Part shown: positions 27,381 through 34,513 of the stretch, in pieces
Numbering within the stretch: the stretch's first letter is position 1
Layout: every line of letters begins with the position of its first letter
Origin: a virus
Taxonomy: Duplodnaviria; Caudoviricetes
Reading direction: 5' to 3' (one strand)
IMG/VR virus record: IMGVR_UViG_3300032301_001585
Location: 1 to 34,698 of that record
DNA length: 34,698 bases
Program-made: the position numbers and the translations under genes
The notes under the pieces: generated by a model
The model's database searches: none
Seen by the model: the letters and a program-made list of their open reading frames with translations, nothing else
What the model was told of the DNA's origin: nothing

Positions 27381-29378
27381 ATGTCTAAAATAGGCAAAAA
27401 ATATAATTTCTTTTCTAACGACGCCTTAAAGACAGGCGAATTTTATTCATATCTTTTAAAATTATCTACAATTGGCGTCACAATAACCAATGTTACTGAA
27501 AATTATAATGAAACGATTAAAGCTTATACTGGCAGCATAGAATTAACGGGTCCAAGACAAGAACTAGAAAATTTATTATTAACTGATGAATTTTTTAAAA
27601 ACGCTATTAAGCCAGATGAAATAAAAAATAGTGTTGTTTTTTCAGCAGATATGCATTATGAAGAATTATTAGAGTTAACTGTAAATAAATCTTCTTCGTA
27701 TTTTGATGGCTTGAATTTATATAAATTTAAATCACCTTTAGAATATAATTTTTTAGTTAAAAACTATGAGTCTTTTTTAAGCGACAATAAAAATAAAAAC
27801 ATTTCAGAAACTGCATTACCCTATTTTTATGATGTTTTAGCTGAATTTGTACAAAAAGATAATTTTAAGGGGTTTGAAGGAACATCTTTTTACGAAAATC
27901 CAAATAAAATCATTATTTCTAGTAGCAGACCTGAATTAATAACAAATATAATTCCTTCCTATGTAGAAGTAGACGACGAATTAGTTCAAATAGATAAATA
28001 TTTAACAAAATTTGATGCTTTTAAAGAACAATTCCCCTTTTATGCTGATATAAAATTCAGTACTCACGAAAAAGATGAAAACAATATTTCTGATGCTCTT
28101 CAAGAAAAAAACCTATATACAGATTTATTAAATATATCACAAGATGGTGCTGAAACACAGTTATTTTTTAATAATGAAACTACAACAACTCTTTCTAGTA
28201 TAAAAGTCAAAGAAGCGAACATAAATGATTATTTATTTAATACATTAAACGCATATGCTAATAAAGATTTTACTTTCATATTTGATATAAATTCCAGAAT
28301 TGATAATAAAGCAAGAACATTTTTAGAAGTTTTGCAAAATAAACAAGAATATTTAGAAGTTGTTGGTTATCATTTAAAAAAATTTGATGGCACCACTAAT
28401 GCATTAATACAAGAATGGTATTTACCTAACGTATCAGAAAGCGATTATCATTGGATAGATACACAAATAAAATATAATAAGTTATACACCTATAAGCTAG
28501 ATTTAATAATATTGTCTTTTTCAACAGAGTATGCGTTTAAAAGTACAAGGTTGGCACAAGATAGATTATTTATTAACTTTATAAACAAGCCTTTAATTAA
28601 GGTTTATGTTCTAGGCACAATAATAAATACATCAAATGTTTCTTTAGGTGCTTCATATACAAATAAACTTTTAGATTATCCACCTTTAGAGCCTGAAGTG
28701 GAAATTATACCTTTTATTGGAGTTTCTAATCAAATAAAGATTAATCTTAATACCTCTACTGGCATGAAAACGGTACCAGCAATTACTTTTTCTGCCACTG
28801 AAGAAGCGGATAAAGCGGAATTAAAATTAGCACAAAATAAAAATCCAACTGATACATTAGTCACCTTTCAAGCAGATGAATCTAATACATCTTTTGAAAT
28901 TTATAGGTTAGACTTTAAACCATCAAGTTATGCTGATTTCTTTGGCAATCGTTTAGCCCTACTCTCAACACAAAATTCTTCTGCTGGTTCTTTTTTAGAT
29001 ACAATACAACAAAACAAAAAATATTATTATGTGGCAAGAGGAATAGATTTTCATAACCATGTTTCAAATCCAACCCCTTTATATGAAGTAGAAATTATTA
29101 ATGATAGTGGTTTAATTATTCCTGTTATAAATATAGTAGATTTTGATAAACAAGAAAATCTTAAACAATCAAATAAAAGCTTTAAACGGTACCTTAAATT
29201 GCAACCTGCTTTGACACATAGATTAATTAATGCTGAAAAATTAGCTTCTAATAAAGTACAATTAGGCAGTGAAAAAGAAACTCCTTGGGATAAAAATTTT
29301 AAAATTCGCATCACTTCTAAGTCTACTGGCAAGAAAATAGACATAAATTTTGCATTTAAATACAATAAACCTTCATAA
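27381..29378 (+). CDS. Putative structural protein with FN3/Ig-like segments
   Basis: WIDTQIKYNKLYTYKL and FEIYR...FLDTIQQNKKYYYVARGID...SNP resemble FN3 strand patterns. AAAGGA upstream. Confidence 0.65.
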   Translation: MSKIGKKYNFFSNDALKTGEFYSYLLKLSTIGVTITNVTENYNETIKAYTGSIELTGPRQELENLLLTDEFFKNAIKPDEIKNSVVFSADMHYEELLELTVNKSSSYFDGLNLYKFKSPLEYNFLVKNYESFLSDNKNKNISETALPYFYDVLAEFVQKDNFKGFEGTSFYENPNKIIISSSRPELITNIIPSYVEVDDELVQIDKYLTKFDAFKEQFPFYADIKFSTHEKDENNISDALQEKNLYTDLLNISQDGAETQLFFNNETTTTLSSIKVKEANINDYLFNTLNAYANKDFTFIFDINSRIDNKARTFLEVLQNKQEYLEVVGYHLKKFDGTTNALIQEWYLPNVSESDYHWIDTQIKYNKLYTYKLDLIILSFSTEYAFKSTRLAQDRLFINFINKPLIKVYVLGTIINTSNVSLGASYTNKLLDYPPLEPEVEIIPFIGVSNQIKINLNTSTGMKTVPAITFSATEEADKAELKLAQNKNPTDTLVTFQADESNTSFEIYRLDFKPSSYADFFGNRLALLSTQNSSAGSFLDTIQQNKKYYYVARGIDFHNHVSNPTPLYEVEIINDSGLIIPVINIVDFDKQENLKQSNKSFKRYLKLQPALTHRLINAEKLASNKVQLGSEKETPWDKNFKIRITSKSTGKKIDINFAFKYNKPS

Positions 29379-29402
29379 ACAAATAACAAATAAATATTTG
29401 TT

Positions 29403-29412
29403 ACTATTTATA
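29403..29412 (+). promoter_or_regulatory. Candidate late promoter ACTATTTATA
   Basis: Identical 10-mer to 755-764, in a 61-nt gap, followed by AAGGA and ATG at 29440. Confidence 0.62.
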
Positions 29413-29439
29413 GAAAAGTATTAAAAAGGATAAAAAAAC

Positions 29440-30399
29440 ATGGCATTTTTAGATAATAGTGGTGATATCATCCTAGATGCGGTATTAACCGACACAGGCC
29501 GTATGCGTTTAGCAAAAGGCGATGGCTCTTTTAGAATAGCCAAATTTGCTCTTGGAGATGATGAAATAGACTATTCTTTATATAATTCCAATAATGCTAG
29601 TGGTTCAGCATATTTTGATTTAGAAATCCTTCAAACTCCAGTTTTAGAAGCCTTTACCAATAACGCATCAAGCATGAAGAGCAAACTATTATCAATTTCA
29701 AAAAATAATTTATTATATTTACCAGTTATAAAAATTAATAATTTAATTGCTAAAACCACTCCAGCTACTGGATTAGTTAATAATGGTTATATTTTCGCAG
29801 TAGATACTGATACAGAAAATTATCTAAAACAGGATGGTTTATCTTATAATTCTATTGGTTTAAGTAATACCGGTATTTTATTTGGTAAAGATTATATTAA
29901 TGGAGCTTATATTAGAACTGACCAAGGACAAGATACTACACAAATTCCAGTTGGTCCATTAGATACAGATTTAATTGAAACTCAATATTTAGTAGAAATA
30001 GATAATCGTTTTGCTTCTTTAGTAGCAGCCGACCAAAGCGGATTAAAAGCTGTGCCATCTTATATAGATGATGATAATATAGCAACTTATTATTTCTCTA
30101 GAGGTGTAGATACTAATTTTATTGGTGATTTGCCAAATAGCAGTACTGACCAAAACCAAATAATTGCAGGTCCAAGAGGTACATTTCTAAATTTTAAAGT
30201 TGCTTCTCAAAATGAAGTCTCTACAAGCGATTATCTTTTCAACCAATTAGGTAAAGAAATTTATAGTGGTTTCTCTGGTGGCGCATTACCAGCTGCTACA
30301 AGCGTAAGAAGTATATTAACAAACATTAGAGTAACTGGTGTAACAACTGGTAATACAATTGATATTCCGCTATTAGTTGTTAAGAAAATAGCTCCATAA
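29440..30399 (+). CDS. Putative baseplate/structural protein (tail-collar N-half-like motif)
   Basis: MAFLDNSGDIILDAVLTDTGR..LA.G...I.KFALGDDEIDY; beta-rich C-terminus. Confidence 0.75.
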   Translation: MAFLDNSGDIILDAVLTDTGRMRLAKGDGSFRIAKFALGDDEIDYSLYNSNNASGSAYFDLEILQTPVLEAFTNNASSMKSKLLSISKNNLLYLPVIKINNLIAKTTPATGLVNNGYIFAVDTDTENYLKQDGLSYNSIGLSNTGILFGKDYINGAYIRTDQGQDTTQIPVGPLDTDLIETQYLVEIDNRFASLVAADQSGLKAVPSYIDDDNIATYYFSRGVDTNFIGDLPNSSTDQNQIIAGPRGTFLNFKVASQNEVSTSDYLFNQLGKEIYSGFSGGALPAATSVRSILTNIRVTGVTTGNTIDIPLLVVKKIAP

Positions 30400-30414
30400 T
30401 AAAGGAAGAATTAA

Positions 30415-31530
30415 ATGGCTACAACTTTTAAAACGTTTTTAGATGATGATATTGTTTCTACAAGAACACTTTTACACGAAAATATCCCTTTAACTGGCAC
30501 CGTTGTTTCCAGTTCAGCCTATTTAACTTCCAGCATTAAGACATATTCACACGGTATGTTCCAAAGTGTATATGATTATCCATATTTAAGTTCTTCTGCA
30601 AACCAATTATTTGATTTAACTGCTGGACAAGCGGTTGGTTCTCCCGGTAGCAGCAGCTTAACGTTAGATGCTTTTGCAAAAAAGAAAATTAATATCTATA
30701 ATCAAATGGCACAAGTATTAGCAGGCCACGATACAACGGGTTCAATAGTTCAATTTGACCGTGATGGCGACCCTGCAACAACTGGCGATAAGTTTAATTC
30801 AATGTTATTTTTAAATTTCTCCCGTTTGTTGGTTAAGGATGAAATTAAAAAGGGCAGCTTCCAAATGACTTTGATGAATGGTTCTTCTGCCACATCAGTT
30901 TCATCTTCTACTTGCTTAGTAAGTGATGCTAGCGGAACAACAAATTATAAGATTAATTCTCCAGCTGGAGAGTATGGCATATTATATGCTAGTAGTTTTA
31001 CAGGAAATAATGGCTCAAATCCAACAGCATCAGTGGGTTTTGTATTCTATCAAGCGGGTGTTGTAGCGCTTTCAACTTGTATTTTTGCTGCTTCTGGTAC
31101 AAATAGCCCTTCTACTTCAATGTCCAGTAGTCAATTTGGTCAATTGAGTACTGCCGCTCAAATGCGTGGAACTGGCAGCACTTATACAAACGTTGAAACA
31201 TTATTTGAAAGTGGAAGCATTAATGATATTGGTTCTGCTTTAAGACAAAGAATCAAGAATATTACTTTCAATAATACTACAGAATTGAATTCTGCTATTC
31301 ACTTCTGTCGCATTAATCATAATGAATTTAATTATAGCGCAAATCCAACCTATTTGAGTAGCAGCCAAATTCGCGTTAAAAATAAAGCTAGTGATGCTCC
31401 AGTGTCATATATTACAACAGTTGGTTTGTACTCACCAGATAATGAATTGTTGGCAGTTGCTAAACTTTCCGAACCTCTAAAGAAAGACCCAACACAAGAA
31501 ATGATTTTAAGAGTTAGATTAGACTACTAA
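30415..31530 (+). CDS. Putative baseplate/structural protein, paralog of 32308..33288
   Basis: Shares IKKGS, VG.VFY..G.V.L, EFNYSANPTY and YITTVGLY...NELLAVAKLS.P.KK...RLDY blocks with 32308..33288. Confidence 0.78.
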   Translation: MATTFKTFLDDDIVSTRTLLHENIPLTGTVVSSSAYLTSSIKTYSHGMFQSVYDYPYLSSSANQLFDLTAGQAVGSPGSSSLTLDAFAKKKINIYNQMAQVLAGHDTTGSIVQFDRDGDPATTGDKFNSMLFLNFSRLLVKDEIKKGSFQMTLMNGSSATSVSSSTCLVSDASGTTNYKINSPAGEYGILYASSFTGNNGSNPTASVGFVFYQAGVVALSTCIFAASGTNSPSTSMSSSQFGQLSTAAQMRGTGSTYTNVETLFESGSINDIGSALRQRIKNITFNNTTELNSAIHFCRINHNEFNYSANPTYLSSSQIRVKNKASDAPVSYITTVGLYSPDNELLAVAKLSEPLKKDPTQEMILRVRLDY

Positions 31531-31531
31531 T

Positions 31532-31771
31532 ATGTCTTACAAAAAGTTTGAACAAGGAGATTTAATATATAATACAATAAAAGCAAAACCACGTTTTGAA
31601 TTTAAAATATTTAAAGGAAATGTTTTTTTAAATGATTCATCAAATAGTTTTGCATTATTAAATTCTCTAGGCAGTCCTGCATATGCCTCCGGTTCTGCAC
31701 CATCACTTTGTATAGAAAACGCATACGATTTTAGCTGTCTAGAAAATTCACAATATTTAGCAACGATTTAA
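31532..31771 (+). CDS. Small protein, possibly the detached N-terminus of 32308..33288
   Basis: Starts 1 nt after the previous stop. SYKKFEQGDLI aligns with TFKTFLDDDIV at the start of 30415..31530. Confidence 0.6.
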   Translation: MSYKKFEQGDLIYNTIKAKPRFEFKIFKGNVFLNDSSNSFALLNSLGSPAYASGSAPSLCIENAYDFSCLENSQYLATI

Positions 31772-31789
31772 AGATTAAAGGAAATGTAA

Positions 31790-32263
31790 ATGGCTATTCA
31801 AAGCATGATTATAAAAGACGGGGCTGGTAATACTAAATCACTTACCGTAGAAAGTTCCAGTTATGGTTTTATACCATTTCATCAAATAACTTCTTCTGTT
31901 ACATCGCCAGTTTATGTAGTAGATGCGCCGGTAACCACAGTAGCACAAAGTGCAGTTACCACTTATAACTATGGTACTTCCGCTAGTGGAACATTTGCAA
32001 TTGCCAGTAACAGCACCACAAGAAAAGGTTTAACTGTTTTCAATCCCGGTCCAAGTAATTTGTTTCTAGCTTTGTCAACTGCCGGTGGTACAACTAATGG
32101 TTTTACACTTGCTAGCACCGCTAGCGCTCCTACCTTATATTCTTTTATTATTTATCCTTCTGGCACATATACTGCGGATTCTACAACCGCTGGTGTTTAT
32201 CACGGCGGATACTTTATTAGCGGTTCAACATCCGTAGGTGTCTTTATTTCTTCCATAAGTTAG
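31790..32263 (+). CDS. Ser/Thr-rich small beta protein, putative virion decoration/accessory protein
   Basis: SD AAAGGA. RKGLTVFNPGPSNLFL...FIIYPSGTY pattern recalls small phage jelly-roll proteins; almost no charged residues. Confidence 0.6.
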   Translation: MAIQSMIIKDGAGNTKSLTVESSSYGFIPFHQITSSVTSPVYVVDAPVTTVAQSAVTTYNYGTSASGTFAIASNSTTRKGLTVFNPGPSNLFLALSTAGGTTNGFTLASTASAPTLYSFIIYPSGTYTADSTTAGVYHGGYFISGSTSVGVFISSIS

Positions 32264-32270
32264 TAATAAA

Positions 32271-32298
32271 TTTACTGTTTTTCTTAACATGATATAAT
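32271..32298 (+). promoter_or_regulatory. Candidate sigma70-type promoter (TTTACT-16 nt-TATAAT with extended -10 TG)
   Basis: TGATATAAT at 32290-32298 is a perfect TGnTATAAT, 9 nt before ATG 32308, which has no SD. Confidence 0.45.
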
Positions 32299-32307
32299 TA
32301 CTGTATC

Positions 32308-33288
32308 ATGGCAGATAATACAAAATACTATCCTTTTTTGCCAAAAGGTAGTTCCTTAGATAGTTTTAAATCAGTTGGTAGCGCAGATTTTGCTTCTACT
32401 CAATATGGCGAAATAATCTCTGGTTCTTATCCTTATTCTTCTTCAATAAGCACAGAATATTATTATCAAGTAAGTGGCTTTGTTAGCGAAAGAAGGCATA
32501 TATACGCTCTTAAGAATACTTTAAATAGCTATCTGCATTATAGCCAACACTATGCTTATAGCTCTAGCCTTGGTAATAAAGCAGACCAAGCATTGAACTT
32601 GATTAATATTCCATCTATATTTTATGGTTCTTCTATAGACAAAGGAAGCGTTGAACTATCTTATTACGTTTCTGGAACATTGTTGGCTAAATTGCAAGAT
32701 ATAAATAAAAACGGTGAGTTAATACAAACTACAGGTTCTTTAGGCTCTGGTAGCGTTGCAGGAGTGGTTTTGTACAATGAAGGATTTATAGTTTTAACAG
32801 GTTCTTGGAAATTAGATAATAGTTTTCAAGAAACATTAGTTTATAATCCTTCACCAGCAACAGACTATGCTCGTTGGATAAATTGGGGAGCTGGTTTATA
32901 TCGCAACGACAATAATACCGTATCAGCTAGTTTTGATTTAAATTTTGAAGGTGTTAATTATATTAATACTGTTACCATGTTTGCTCATGCAGATAAAGGT
33001 GAGTTAAACCACTCTAATAATCCAACATATGTTAAATATAACAATACCGGTTCTTCACAACCAACGGTAACTAATAGTTCTTATAGTGAATATGCTTATG
33101 GCGAAATAAAAAATGTTGTAAAATATTCATATGAAAACTTTACAGGTAGTTTAGAGAAACAAACCTTTATTTCTAAAATTGGTATATATGATGAAAACAA
33201 AAATCTTATTGCAATTGCTAAATTGGCAAAACCAATAAAGAAAACAGAAAATCGTGATTTTACATTTAAATTAAAATTGGATATATAA
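32308..33288 (+). CDS. Putative baseplate/structural protein, paralog of 30415..31530
   Basis: IDKGSV, AGVVLYNEGFIVL, ELNHSNNPTY, FISKIGIYDENKNLIAIAKLAKPIKK...KLDI. Confidence 0.78.
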   Translation: MADNTKYYPFLPKGSSLDSFKSVGSADFASTQYGEIISGSYPYSSSISTEYYYQVSGFVSERRHIYALKNTLNSYLHYSQHYAYSSSLGNKADQALNLINIPSIFYGSSIDKGSVELSYYVSGTLLAKLQDINKNGELIQTTGSLGSGSVAGVVLYNEGFIVLTGSWKLDNSFQETLVYNPSPATDYARWINWGAGLYRNDNNTVSASFDLNFEGVNYINTVTMFAHADKGELNHSNNPTYVKYNNTGSSQPTVTNSSYSEYAYGEIKNVVKYSYENFTGSLEKQTFISKIGIYDENKNLIAIAKLAKPIKKTENRDFTFKLKLDI

Positions 33289-33289
33289 T

Positions 33290-34372
33290 ATGTCTGAACC
33301 AATAATATCGGAACAAACAAAAAATATTGTTTTAAATCAAAGTTCTATAGAAACTGTTGATGCTGCCTTTTTAGAATATGTTGAAGATTTAAATATTTTT
33401 TGTGAAACACAAAGCGGCAGGTCTAAGGTACCAGTTATTTGGTCTTCAGCGGAACGTTCATATCAAATAAAAAATAATTCATTATTAAGAGATAAAAACG
33501 GCTCTTTAATACCACCAATTATTTCTTTAGAAAGAATTAACATTACAAAGGATGTTAATAAAAAAGGTAATTATCAAGCAAACGTATCTCCTAAAAACGA
33601 TAGATATTATATTACAAAGGTACTAAATCAAGACAAAACTTCTAATTTTGCTAATGCTGATTCTTTAAGAAAGAGCAAGCAACTTAATTTCGTAACATCT
33701 AAGAAAAACAAGAAATTAGTTTATCAACATATGGAAGTACGTATTCCGGTTTATGTTACCGTTGAATATAAAATTAACATTTTAACCAACTATCAGTCAC
33801 AAATGAATGAAATTATTCAACCATTCATAGCAAAAACAGCACAAAATTATTTTATTATTAAAAAAGATGATTATCGTTTTGAATGTTTCATGGACCCAAG
33901 CTTCTCTCAGGAAGGTATAGCGGATTTAGGGGAAGAAGAAAGAAAATATAAATCTACAATCACAGTTAAAGTACTGGGTCAGTTAATAGGCGAAGGACCA
34001 AACGCCGAAGGCGTTGGTATTAACACTAGAGAAAATGCAGTAGAACTAAAAATACCCAGAGAAAATATAGTATTAGATGTTACAAAGAGAAAAAAGAAGA
34101 AAAAAGAAATTAGTTCTAATACTAATGAAGGCGCCTTAATAGGTTCCGGTCTTGCATTTAAAAAAGTTTTCCTTATTGGAAATGGCGTAGATACTGAATA
34201 TACTCTTGCTCATAATTATGGTACAAGAGATTTATTCATCACAATGAGAGAAAATTTCAATAATTATCAAAAAGTTGAGTTTTTCGTATTATTTCAAGAT
34301 GAAAATACAGTAATTATTGATACTGGTGACCCAATAGCCACAGATTCCTATATCATTGTTCTTGTTGGATAA
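33290..34372 (+). CDS. Putative tail completion/terminator protein (T4 gp15-like) with extra C-terminal beta domain
   Basis: KVPVIWSSAER...PIISLER...PVYVTVEYKINILTNYQSQMNEIIQPF follows the gp15-like VP+...E / P.+S / P..+.Y.+.I......QI+EQ pattern. Confidence 0.6.
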   Translation: MSEPIISEQTKNIVLNQSSIETVDAAFLEYVEDLNIFCETQSGRSKVPVIWSSAERSYQIKNNSLLRDKNGSLIPPIISLERINITKDVNKKGNYQANVSPKNDRYYITKVLNQDKTSNFANADSLRKSKQLNFVTSKKNKKLVYQHMEVRIPVYVTVEYKINILTNYQSQMNEIIQPFIAKTAQNYFIIKKDDYRFECFMDPSFSQEGIADLGEEERKYKSTITVKVLGQLIGEGPNAEGVGINTRENAVELKIPRENIVLDVTKRKKKKKEISSNTNEGALIGSGLAFKKVFLIGNGVDTEYTLAHNYGTRDLFITMRENFNNYQKVEFFVLFQDENTVIIDTGDPIATDSYIIVLVG

Positions 34373-34425
34373 TTTCGTGTTTAAAAATAAGTAAAAACCA
34401 AAATAATTCTTTTTATAAAAATAAA

Positions 34426-34434
34426 ACTATTTAT
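34426..34434 (+). promoter_or_regulatory. Candidate late promoter ACTATTTAT
   Basis: Fourth intergenic copy of the motif, ahead of the fibre gene. Confidence 0.55.
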
Positions 34435-34439
34435 TATAC

Positions 34440-34482
34440 AGCGAATTTAATCAGTTGTTAAGATTAAAAACGCTATTTTTTT
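34440..34482 (+). terminator. Terminator-like hairpin with U-tract in the fibre gene leader
   Basis: AGCG-AA-TTTAATC / 9-nt loop / GATTAAA-AA-CGCT, then A and T7. Confidence 0.5.
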
Positions 34483-34513
34483 ATCCGCCTAAAGGGCAAG
34501 GAAAAGTATTACA

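Noticed and set aside
3909-33320. All minus-strand ORFs in the track (60-135 aa)
   Set aside because: Short, almost wholly antisense to long motif-bearing plus-strand genes, with no recognisable motifs; shadow ORFs.
3240-34372. Bacterial contractile injection system (eCIS/tailocin/T6SS) rather than phage
   Set aside because: T4-like gp6 size, gp55-like sigma, free-standing HNH, restriction-site avoidance and absence of host-type genes favour a large phage. Capsid genes are not in the window, so this is not formally excluded.
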